Assembly: GCF_009914755.1 (NCBI RefSeq)
Contig: NC_060944.1
DNA length: 64,000 bases
Source: the human T2T-CHM13v2.0 reference genome, Homo sapiens
Direction: 5' to 3' (one strand)
Position numbers and translations under genes: made by a program. The notes beneath the pieces are model-generated. The model was not told the origin of the DNA, did not search any database, and saw nothing but the letters and a program-made list of their open reading frames with translations. The stretch's first letter is position 1. The number at the start of each line of letters is the position of its first letter. Below are positions 48,770-64,000 of this stretch, piece by piece.

Positions 48770-50350
48770 TCAAGAGTGACGTGGGCCTTCCCCTCGAGCT
48801 CCCCAGATGGGGCGTCCCAGATGGCACCAGCGCAATCTTGTTCTCAACCAGGATCCCGGACAAAGACCTAGAGATCCAAGCCGACGGCAGGCCAAGCTCT
48901 GGCCCGAGACTGAGGCTTCTGCTTCTCAGGAGATGAGAGTTTAACAATAACTTCGTGGATTTCAAAAAGAAGAAAAAGGTCTCAGGGCACCGGAAAAGGT
49001 GTATTCGGGTTGAGGGCGTGGGCTCAGAATCGGGTCTACCTCGTACGGGATGTGAGACTTCAGGCAGACTGCTCGGCCTTTTCAAGGCTTTAAATGGAGC
49101 TAAAGGGTATACGACATGACGTTCGCCCGGTGTTTAGGAATATGGGGCGTGACTTTCCAAGCAGGCGGCTGGAGCCAGGGAGACCACAGGGCGCTGCAAC
49201 ACAAACCAGCACCTGAACAAGCTTGGTCAGCCAGCGGTACACCTCCGCCAACCCCAGAAGCCGAACAGATGCGCCCCGAAACGTCATTTCCGCGCGCCAA
49301 GGGGCGGGGCCGGTACCGGGTGCGGAAGTCGCTCCAGGGGTCACTGGGAAGTGTAGTTTTCGAGACAGAGGCGCTCAGAAGGAGGGTCACAGTAGGGCCA
49401 GGCACTCTTCTCGGGAGCTCCTACGTGTTTTATGCACCTGGTTAAGAAAAAAGAGGGAGAATTCAGGTGCCACAGTGGCCATTCTCCGGTGACCGGAGCG
49501 TGTTACTCAGAAACGGATCCGTCAGAGGCCAATGGGAGCTGCCGGCCTTCAGGGCGCGCCTGGTGGCGCCGAGCATCCTGGGAGGTGTGGTCCGGGCGCT
49601 GTGCCGAGGATTCGGGGTAGTGTAGTCCTGGCGCCCCGCTGGAGGAGCTCCCCAGCTGGTGGCTGGAGCGACCCCTTGTTCTTTGGTGGCGCTGGTGAGT
49701 GAGGCTCCCGCGGGACCCTTGCCGCAGCCGTACCCTTTTCTGCGCGAAAAGGAAGGTCCCGAAAGGCTGGACTATGGGCTGAATTTGGGGACCGTGCGGG
49801 TGGCGCGGGGGTGGTGATTGTGGTGGGAACGCGCTGGCGTGGCGCAGGCCGTCCTCTCCCAGATGTCTTATTTTGGGGGTGTGGGCGTGCATCTCCAGGG
49901 GAGTTGGGTGAAGCCCATCCGTGAAACTGGATGGTGATGAGTGGGGGATCGGGCTCTCTCTCCTAGGGTTCTTGTGGGTGGGGACAGGTTCGGCTTTGGC
50001 TGAAGTCGGGTATTGGGAAAGGGAGTCGCTGATGCCATAAGTCCCCGGTTTTGGGGGAGTTGAATAAATAAGCTTTTTGGGGGAATGGTATTTCCCAGGT
50101 GGTGGAATGGGAACCATCCCTGGGGCCATGTGTCCCCGAGGCATTGGTCGGTTGAGGGCTAGTCTCTTGGGGCCACACTATTCTTCGGCTTTGCTGGAGT
50201 GGAATGAGGAGCGGTCTGGCTTGACCAAACAAGCCAAGGTTAGACTGGATCTGGGGTGGCCATTTTGCCGCGATCTTAGGGTTTCACTTTGGTTGGTCAC
50301 CCCCGGGTTCGGGCGTTGGAGGAGGAAGTCTGGCTGGGACGCACAGGACA
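48770..50350. promoter_or_regulatory. CpG island / probable bidirectional promoter
   Basis: High GC and CpG density; GC box ggggcggggc 49301-49310; ETS gcggaagt 49322-49329; ZNF143/THAP11-type ACTACAnnTCCCA on - strand 49345-49359; CCAAT ~49529. Confidence 0.9.
49520..49694 (+). other. ZNF133: First non-coding exon of a KRAB zinc-finger gene (TSS approximate)
   Basis: Strong donor CTG|GTGAGT inside the CpG island. The gene name rests on recalled exon sizes and spacing (78 nt, 226-nt intron, 176 nt) and was not verified by search. Confidence 0.7.
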
Positions 50351-50861
50351 GGTTTTTTCCAAAGGTCCCAGGGACCGTCATTGATCGCAAGAATTACGGA
50401 TTCCCAGGCCCCTGGTGTGGCCAGGCTTTGGGATTTTACATTCCATTTAAGTTTTTATTGCGGAGAAATTTCAAACAGCCAGAAGTAGATAGAACTCTAT
50501 AGACCAGATCTCCATCACCCAGATTCAACACTTAAAACCTTATGACCAATCTTGATTCATCTCAGAATGGACACAGAGAATCCTTGCAATCCAGAGTTCA
50601 CCGTCACTGCCCTTACTGTGTAAGAGCACGGTCTCCACAGCCACATTTCCTCTAGGCTCTGTCACTTTATAGCTGTGTCACCTTGGGCAAGATGCTGACT
50701 TCACTGTACCTCAGTTTCCTCGATTTTATCCTAAAGAGGATAATAGCATCTATCGCATTGGGTTGTTGAAAGGATGGAATGAGGTGAAACTCCTACAGTG
50801 GCTGTAACAGTCTCTGGTGTATACTAAGTGTTCAGTGAATATTACCTTTCATTAATAACAG

Positions 50862-51164
50862 GCACAGAGAAGGTCGCTTCATGCTCAGCGTCAACAGCAT
50901 ATCAGGGCAGGTCGTGCTTTCAACCTGTACCCCAGCTGTGTTCCCAGGAAGCTGCCCGCAGTTCTTTTCTCCTTTTCTTCTGTGGCAGGTTCATTCCTGA
51001 TGCTGTTAAGGAATAGGAGGTACTGCCCTGCTGGAGAGGATTTCCCTTGATTTTCTTGAACGCTTTTTGTTCTTGTTCTGCCTCCCTGTGGCTCCTGTCT
51101 GCCCAGAGAGGACTGCCTGCTGGGGAAAGGGGGTACTCCTGAGCTCCTGACAGCCCAGCTTCAG
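50862..51164 (+). other. ZNF133: Alternative 5'UTR exon (acceptors at 50862 or 50989)
   Basis: Polypyrimidine tract + cag| at 50988; taacag| at 50861; donor CAG|GTGGGT. Confidence 0.5.
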
Positions 51165-51936
51165 GTGGGTGCCACTTACCTTTTGCATTTCGAACCATGA
51201 GTGGGTTTCTTTTGCTCAGCTTTGACGTCTGTGTTCTACAATGTCCCATCCAGGGATCAGGGCCCCAGCTGGTTCCTTCAGGAAACTAGGCTTGTTTTAA
51301 GAGTGATCATTTTCACAGGGAATATTTTTCAGAGCTGATGCTCTCATTCATTACACCTATATTCTTCCCCTACATTCCTTCTTTCAGTATTTGTTCAGAC
51401 TGCTCATTCCCAGGGCTTGTCAGGTCCTGTGAAGTTGTTAACATTCTGTTCTTCTGTCTTCCAATACTCTCACTTACTCTTTTCCCTGCTAGAGTTTTGG
51501 CAGCAAATCCCAGTTATATCATTTCACCTGGGAACACTTCAGGAGGCATCTCTAACACATAAGGACTTCTTTTTTTAACATAACCACAATTTCATTGTTA
51601 TACAGTTACATTGTTACAATTATATTTTGTTATACCCAACAAAATTAATAACTTATTAATATCATTTAATATCTAGCCCATATTGTTTTCCCCCATTGTT
51701 AAAAAAAAAATCTTTTTTTTCCACCAGTCAGAACAGCCCTGGTCAGAGGCAGGAGAGGGAAAAGTATCTGGAAACAGCATCCCAGTTTTCCCTATCTCTG
51801 CCTCATTTCTCCTCCTATTTCTTCTGATCTTGCTGATCTGTGTTGACAGCCTTATAACTTGATATAAGCTGGACCTCTGAGTTTTCCTTGCATCCTTGTT
51901 TCCAAACTTACTTCCCATTAGAAGTTGTGTCCTCCT

Positions 51937-52172
51937 GGCCGGGCACAGTGGCTCACACCTGTAATCAGCACTTTGGGGGGCCAGAGCGGGCAGATCACCT
52001 GAGGTCAGGAGTTCGAGACCAGCCTGGCCAACATGGTGAAACCCCATCTCTACTAAAAATACAAAAATTAGCCAGGCGTGGTGGCACACACCAATAATCC
52101 CAGCTATTCAGGAGGCTGAGGCAGGAGAATCTGTCGCCTGGGCAACAGAGCAAGACTCCACCTCAAAACAAA
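51937..52172 (+). mobile_element. AluS with right-arm internal deletion
   Basis: TSD aagttgt(g/a)tcctcct. Confidence 0.9.
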
Positions 52173-52189
52173 AGTTGTATCCTCCTATT

Positions 52190-53910
52190 CCACCTGTGCA
52201 TTCTTCTCGATTCCTTTTCTTTCCCTTTGTCTCCATTTCTGCACTGCCCTAGCTTCCTGTCTCTTCTTCACCTTCTTGCCTTGTCTTTCCTCCCATTTAG
52301 AGCTGAACTCCTTGAAAGAATTATCTATGTTTGTTGTCTGCGTTGCTATCCTTCTGTTATGTTTCGAATATTTTAGTAAGGCTTTTTCAAGTGACACCAA
52401 AAAATATTCTTGTCAGGGTTACCAATGGTCTCCTTGACTAAAGGCCACAATCAGTTCTCAGCAACATTTGATGTAATTGTTTACATCCTCCTTCTTAATA
52501 TATCCTTTCACACAGTTGCTCTTGGTACTAGGTCTTCCTGGTTTTCCTCCTAACTCATAGCCTGCTCCTCCTCTGTCTCCTTTACTGGCTCTTCCTTCCC
52601 TCCCAAATTTCCACCGTGGAAAAGGCCCTGCTTCAGTTCTTAGACCTCCTGTCTTCTTCAGCTATACTGTCTCCTTGGTTCTCCCGTTCATTCTCAAGGC
52701 TTTAAATGCCATCTGTCTGAGGCTCAGCCTAGAGCTCTGTGTGCAACTCACATCCCGGTCCCCTACTGTCTCCTTCTTCACATTTCCAGTTGGATTTTTT
52801 TTTTTTTTTTTAGTGAGACAGGAGTCTCGCTCTATCGCCCAGGCTGGAGTGCAGTGGCACAATCTCGGCTTACTGCAACCTCCACTGCCCATCTTCAAGT
52901 GATTCTCATGCCTCAGCCTCCTGAGTATCTGGTCTACAGGTGTGTGCCACCCCACTTGGATATCTTATGGGCATCCCAAAACTAATGTGTGCAACAAGAA
53001 ACTCTGATTACCTTCCCTGAACATGTTCCACCCCAGTGGTATATAGACCATCCTTTCAAGAGTTTATCTTGGAGCAGAAGCATTTCAGCTCTTTCCTTCA
53101 GATTGCTTGGAGTCATCAAGGAGTCATCCTTGATCCTGTCTTGCTCTTATACCCTCATCCACACTACGGAAATCTGGACTCCGACAGTTTCCATGCCCTG
53201 CTGTTTCCACCATGGTCCAGGCCACCGTCTCATCTGGACGATCATAGCCTTTCAGTGATCTCTTTGTTTCTGCCTATGTCCCGCTAAGGTACATGAATCA
53301 GTGGAGCAAATAGAAGGAGATTTTAAATGTAAATCGAATCATGTCATGTGTTTGCTCAAAATCTTCCAGTGGCTTCTCATCCTAACCAAAGTCAAAACCA
53401 GTATCCTACAAAGCTAGGTCTGATGTCCCTACATTTACTCTTGGCCTTCATCTGTACCACACTATCTCAGTCACTCCACACCAGCCACAGTGAACTGTCC
53501 GTCCCTTGGCCATGCCAGCCTGATTCTTCCTTGCATCAGGGCCTTTGCACTGACTGTTCTCTTGCCCTAGATGTTCTTTTCAAAGTTATTCCCTGGGCTC
53601 TTCACATCCTTGAGATTTTTACTCAGTCACCTCAGAGATGCCTTCCCAAATCACCCTATCTAAAATTCTAAAACCTCACCCCACTTCTGTGACTATCCTT
53701 TCTCCTTCCCTGCTTTATTTCTCTTCATGCCACTCATCACTTTCTGATACAGTGTGTATTTTATTTATTCATGTAATTGGCCCATCTTTCTCCTCTAGAC
53801 TTTCATGTCAGTGAGGGTAGATTTTTGTCTTTGTTCACTTCTGTATCCCCAGGGTTTAAAATAGTGCCTATCACACAGTAGGAGCATAATAAATACTTGC
53901 CAAATGAAGG
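52190..53910 (+). mobile_element. L2 LINE remnant with a nested Alu half (52795-52953, -)
   Basis: Pyrimidine-rich L2 body; 3' end tagtgcctatcacacagtaggagcataataaatacttg. Confidence 0.8.
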
Positions 53911-54194
53911 CATAATCCATAGGAGTAATGGATGAGGCAGACTAGGATGTTGGGAAATGGTCTACAGAGACTGGCAGGAGGCTTTTGCCATTATCCTGGT
54001 GCTCCAACTGGTGTAGGGGTGGGGAGGAATTGAGAGAGTCGGCAGAGGTGGAATCCATTTGCCTTGATAATTCGTTTGATATGGAAGGTAGAGAGAAGTA
54101 GTCATGGGACTGAGTAAGTGCCATGGATGACAGGAAGATGCTTCTGTTATCAGGTAAGCTGAAAGAGAGAGGGCGCAGTATGTCAATAACCAGC

Positions 54195-54655
54195 AAGGGT
54201 TCTGGTTATTGACTGCTACACAACAAACCACTCTAAAACTGAGTGGCTTAGGAGAGCAACTATGTTTTAATCTCCCACAGTTCTTTGGGTTTACCCAAAG
54301 CGGATGTGATCAGCTGAGATGTGAGTGATGCATCTTGCTATGGCTGCAGTCATTTGGGGACTCATTTGGGTTGGAACATGCAAGATGGTTCCGTCACACA
54401 TTTGACATATTTTCGTGGGTTCCATCACATATTTTCGTGGGTTGGCTGGAAGGCTGGGGTCAGCTGGGACAGCAGGCCTCACTCTCTCCAGGTAGTGTAA
54501 GGGCTTCCAGCAGGATTGAACTCGTTACGTGGTACGTTAGAGCTCCCAAGAGTGAAAGCTGTCTGGCCTTCTTAGGACTTAAGCCTGTAACTGGCACAGT
54601 GTCACTTGTGTCAAATTTATTGGTTAAAGCAGGAACAAGGCCAAAATGGAAGAGC
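54195..54655 (-). mobile_element. MLT1 (MaLR) LTR
   Basis: aacaaaccactctaaaactgagtggctta motif. Confidence 0.7.
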
Positions 54656-54666
54656 TCCCAATGTTT

Positions 54667-55014
54667 AAAGCTGGAATAATTATAACAGCAATATAAACAG
54701 TGATACTATTGTGTTATAACCCATAGGATAAGATATAAATCCATACTGATATAAATAAATAACTGAATATAAATAAATGGGGAGACAGAACAGCTCTGAC
54801 AGAGGAATTCTAATTAATGGATTTAGAATGAAAGGGGGAAAAAGCTGGAATAATTTTAACAGCAAAATAAACAGTGATACTATTGTATTATAACCCATAG
54901 GATAAGATATAAATCCATATTGATATAAGTAAATAACTGGATACAAATAAATGGGGAGACAGAACAGCTTTGACAGAAGAATTCTAATTAATGGATTTAG
55001 AATGAAAGGGGGAA
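54667..55014 (+). repeat. 174-bp tandem duplication (2 copies, 9 mismatches) inside an L1MC-like 3' end (to ~55715)
   Basis: Units 54667-54840 and 54841-55014 compared by eye. Confidence 0.95.
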
Positions 55015-56296
55015 AAAGAACATTGTCATTTGGTAAACAGCACAGTAATAACTATTGCAGATAGGTTCCACAGATATATGCTAAAATTAGTGGCTGAAAG
55101 TTTGAAGAGAAATAGGATATTTGTATAATCTCAAAGTATCTCCCTCAAGATATTTATTAATTATAAAGGGAAATGTAGTGACTTTACAATGGAGAAGCTC
55201 AGAAGACACCCCCTTAACCAAGTGATCAAGATCAAGGTTAATATCGCCAGTAAAAAGACATAACAATATCATGAACTCATTGATATGTTGAAGGACACAG
55301 CATCACATCTGAGGTATTCTAACCAGAAGTGAAAAACTCGTTCTAATCATGAAAAAACATCGGACAAACCAAAACTGAGGGATACCCTTCAAAAGCGCCA
55401 AGTTCGTGAAAGATGAGAAAAGACAGAGGATCTGTCACAGATTGGAGGAGGTTAAAGATCCATGACAACTAAAGGCAATGTGGAAACCTCAGTTGGATCC
55501 TGGACCAGAAAAAGTACATTGGTGGAAAAACTGGCAAAATTTAATTAAAGTCTGTAGTTTATAGTATTGTGTCAATGTTAATTTCCTGCTTTTGATGATT
55601 GTACTATCATTTTCTAAGATGTTAACATTAGAGAAAGCTGGGTGGAAGGTATGGGAATTGATATTTGTGCAACTTCCTTGTAAGTCTAAAATTAGTACAA
55701 AATAAAAAGTTTTAAAAATCCATCAATTCTATATTCTTGAGTTTTTGTTTTGTTTTTTGAAGAAGGGGTGTTGAGTTTTGGTAAAGAGTATCTTACATGT
55801 AGAGAGGCAATCATGACTTCTCCTTACATCTATTATTGTGGTGTATTATAATAAAAGATCCCCTAAAATTGAACCAGTCTTGCAATCCTGGGTAAATTTT
55901 TCTTTGCCATGGTGAAATATTTTGTTATTGCGATGTTGGAGTCTTTTTGCTAACATTTTAATTCGAATTTTGCTTCAATATTTGTAAGTGACAATTAGTC
56001 TATAATTTTCTGTTTTTGAACTGTCATCAAGTTAAGGTCCTCATGGTATCCTTGCTTTATAAAATGAATGAGAACTTTTCCCTTTAGTTTTCAATGCTTT
56101 GGGACAGTATTTGGAGCATAAGGACTACCTGGTTTGAAGGTTTGATAGAATTTCCTTGTGACCATCTGGAGTTAATTTTGAGAGTTATTCACTTCATCTA
56201 GGTCTACACGTTTATTTATATAAAGGTCTGCAAAGTAGTCTTACATGACTTTTAAGAAGATGTTTTTTGGTGACTTTGCCTTTCTTATTTCTTATT

Positions 56297-56535
56297 TTGA
56301 GAGCTTGTTGGGAGGTTCTAGCAGGGGAGCACAGCTACTCGTATACCCTTGACCGAAGACTGGTCCTCCCCTATGTGGGATGGTCATCCTCCTTGACTGA
56401 GTGTGCAGCTTCCGGAGGGATGCACATGGAGCAATGAGGGAGGAAGAGGATACCCACCTAGCCAGCCAGATCAGCTGGATCAACACTGGTGATCAATGTG
56501 GTGACAGATGTCGCATCCAGATCGCCCTCACATCC
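56297..56535 (-). pseudogene. 7SK RNA retro-pseudogene, 3'-truncated (~first 240 nt)
   Basis: Reverse complement GGATGTGAGGGCGATCTGG...GGTCAAGGGTATACGAGTAGCTG...CAAGCTCTCAA. Confidence 0.96.
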
Positions 56536-56734
56536 ATGTCACTTCTTAGTTGAATATTTATGCTTTCTCTCTTTCAGTTAGCTAGTGTTTGTCTACTTTT
56601 TTTGACAAAGTAGGATTTGGCTCATTAGATCTACTGCTTTCTGTTCATTAATTTATGCTTTCATCTTTATTAATTCCTGTCTTTGTGCTTTCTTTTGGGT
56701 TACTTTATTTTATTAGCTTTTTGAGCTTGGAATT

Positions 56735-56963
56735 TAATTAATTAATTAATTTATTTTTTGAGGCAGGGTCTCACTCTCTCACCTAGACTGGAGTGCAGTG
56801 ATGCAGTCAGGCTCGCTGCAGCCTCAACCTCCCAGGTTCAAGTGATGCTCCCTCCTCAGCCTCCTGAGTAGCTGGGACCATACGGGTGTGTGTATGCACC
56901 AAATCTGGCTATTTTTTAAAATTTTTTTGTAGAGATGAGGTCTCACCATGTTGCCCAGGCTGG
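56735..56963 (-). mobile_element. Partial AluJ
   Basis: Right arm plus part of the left arm. Confidence 0.85.
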
Positions 56964-57367
56964 ATTTTTTTCTTTCCTTTTTATTTGTAAAAGTACTTAA
57001 GGCTATAGTTTCCCTTACCTCACTGTGTTAAATAAATCCTGTATATACGTAGTGTTTTTTATTACTGTTATTTTTAAGTAGTTCTATAATTTCATTTTGT
57101 GTATTCCCTTTAATTCCTGCCTATTGCCTATGATATGATCAGCAACCTTTTTCTACTTTCTTCTTCTCCTGTGTCTTCTATTTGAGTGGCATTTCTACCT
57201 TATCAGGACACAATGCCCTATAACATTAGCACATGTTTTCCTCCTCTTTCTTCTCCCCCTTTTAGTTCTAAGTTTACAATTATGTATATTAAATGCTCAT
57301 CATCAGTCTTTTTGCTAAATTTCCCCTATCCTGTCTTGCTTTGAATGATGATTTTTGGCCAGACCTT

Positions 57368-57975
57368 TTTTTTTGGTGGTAAATATGCATAACATAAAAT
57401 TTACCATTTTAACATGTTTGAGTCAATGGCATGAAGTACATTCATATTGTTGTACAACCATCACCACTATCTATCTCCAGAAATATTTTCATCTTCCCAA
57501 ACTGAAACTCCATACCCGTTAAACAATACCTCCCTATTCTCCCTTACCCCAACCACCTCTCCTCAACCACCATTTGACTATTCTAGGTACCTCATATAAA
57601 TGGAATCTTACTGTCCTTTTACTTCTGGCTTATTTCACTTAGCACAATGTCTTCTAGGTTCATGTTGTAGCATGTGTCAATTTCCTTCCATTTTAAGTCT
57701 GAATACTATTCCATTGTATGTACGTATCACTTTGTTATTCATTCATCCATTGTAAGCAACGCTTGGGTTGCTTACACCTTTTGGCTATTGTGAACAATGC
57801 TGGTATGAACATGAGCGCACAAGTATCTGTTCGAGTTCTTCCCTTCAGTTCTTTTGCGTATATAGCCAGAAGTCGAATTGGTGAATCACATAATAATTGT
57901 ATTTTAAATTTTTTGAGAAACCACCATACTGGTTTGAGGGTATACCACATTTTACATTCCCACCAGCAGTATGCA
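57368..57975 (-). mobile_element. L1MB 3' end within older L1ME-like sequence (~55720-58700)
   Basis: L1M 3'UTR; MFIPALFTIAK motif on - strand. Confidence 0.85.
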
Positions 57976-59068
57976 GTGGTTGAATGATAATTTCAAAAAC
58001 TCTGGTAGAACTCATGTTTTTTGTTTAGAGTCACTTTGGATTCCTGTTGTTGTTCTTTAAAGTCTAATAGTTTTTCTAGTGCATGTCTTAGAGTTGGTGG
58101 TTATGAGTCAACTTTTCCCTCATATCCCATAGGCCCTTTCATATTTAGATTCAGGTAATTGTTTTTAAAATGTTTTCTTACATTATACTTTTAAATATTT
58201 CCGTTGTTTTGGTATCTAGGAACTAATTATATGAATATTACTTCTTTGTCTGTTTTCCTTTCCAGCTTCTTTCTCTCTGATCCTTTTTACTTCTTATTTC
58301 ACTTCATTCTCTTGTTTTCTGGCTATTACTAAGTGCTCGTCATGTTTTCATTTCAATCTATTCCTCCTTGAGTGTCTTATAAGTTTGTCTTCATTTATCA
58401 TATAATATTGTCTTTTTCTTTGATTTCTTTCAAAAGTTTGTTGAAATCTTTTTGTTTCTTTACTTTTTTTGTCCATTTCTATTCTTAGTTTTTGAATTTT
58501 TAATTTATGATCTCATATTTGGGGTATATCTCATATCCCAAAATGTTTGTTTGAAGATATTTAATGTAGCTTAATGTTACGGTTTTTTAAATTTTTTTTC
58601 TGTCTCACCATTTTTTTTTTGGTGGAATTTTCTTTAGTTGAATTGTTTGGATTCTCATTTTCATTTTTTTTAATAGACTACAACTGTTTGTGTGTCTGCA
58701 TTTCTGTAAACAGAACTGTCAGATTCTAGTGTTTTTGAGATTTCCCTAGTTCAGGAAAATGCTTCTGGCAGTGTAGCAAAGTACAGTTTCTTTACTGGAT
58801 TGCAGGGGAAGGAGAGGTGGTGCATCCTTTGGGGTTTCTTTGTTGTTGTTTTTTGTTTTTCTCTTTTGTTTTGGAAGACCCTGGATTACTCTCTCTTGCT
58901 TGTTTTTCCTTTTCCTTTGCTGTTTCCAAGCAGTATCTTTTCCTTGCTTTATACTTTCCCCATTATGCCACTGCGCCCCCAGTTGTGGGGTTAAAGAGCA
59001 GGCCCTGCTTCACTCATGGGGAGAGCATTTCTACCTGACACCCTCCCATTTCTGTTTTCCTTACCCAG

Positions 59069-59146
59069 ATCTACCTTCTGAGATATCATCCTTCTTCAGG
59101 GAGATAAGGAAAAAAAGCCACAGGGTCCCGGAGAGCCAGGGGAATG
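59069..59146 (+). other. ZNF133: 78-nt 5' exon ending in ATG
   Basis: tttctgttttccttacccag|...GGAATG|GTGAGT. Confidence 0.8.
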
Positions 59147-59392
59147 GTGAGTGTTTCCTGTCTCCATTACTGGCTGTAACAGGATGGACACATTCCCTTC
59201 TCTTACCCTGACTGCCTTATTGGTGCCTAGTAGAGTTCAGCTCCAATTCCTCTTACTTGCTCCCCTGCCTCAGCATCACTTTCTGCAAAACCCATGACAC
59301 AGTTATTCACCTAGTAAACTGAACAACACACAATTCTACAGTATGAGATAGAGTCTGCATTTCTTTGTTCAGCTTCAAAAGTTCTGCTGCCT

Positions 59393-64000
<4,608 letters not shown>

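Noticed and set aside
49503-50144. 213-aa Pro/His-rich - strand ORF and overlapping ORFs
   Set aside because: Expected from stop-codon depletion in a GC-rich CpG island; no recognisable domain
54680-54946. ORF with an internally repeated peptide
   Set aside because: Artefact of the 174-bp tandem duplication in L1 sequence

Overview
Primate (most likely human) genomic DNA, mostly interspersed repeats: L1PB, L1PA and L1M LINEs, about 25 Alu elements or fragments, ERV1 and MaLR LTRs, Tigger/MER DNA transposons, L2 and MIR. It also holds 7SL, U2 and 7SK retrocopies. No intact protein-coding exon is present, and nearly all ORF-track entries come from L1/Alu or chance. A CpG-island promoter at about 48.8-50.3 kb drives a + strand KRAB zinc-finger gene. 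Its 5' exons end at 49694 and lie at 50862/50989-51164, 59069-59146 and 59373-59548. I identify it from memory as ZNF133 (20p11.23); its coding exons lie beyond the window. Main observation: a decayed multi-exon gene on the - strand, head-to-head with this promoter. It has a KRAB-type start exon (48650-48720) and a clear KRAB-A pseudo-exon (46945-47062). No zinc-finger exon follows; instead there is a chain of exon-like segments running to about 30 kb, with splice signals, several phase-compatible junctions and hydrophobic translation. This may be the fossil of a KRAB/non-ZNF fusion gene. A second notable feature is a recent template-switch scar at 27.5-27.9 kb carrying an exact 171-bp copy of 22070-22240.
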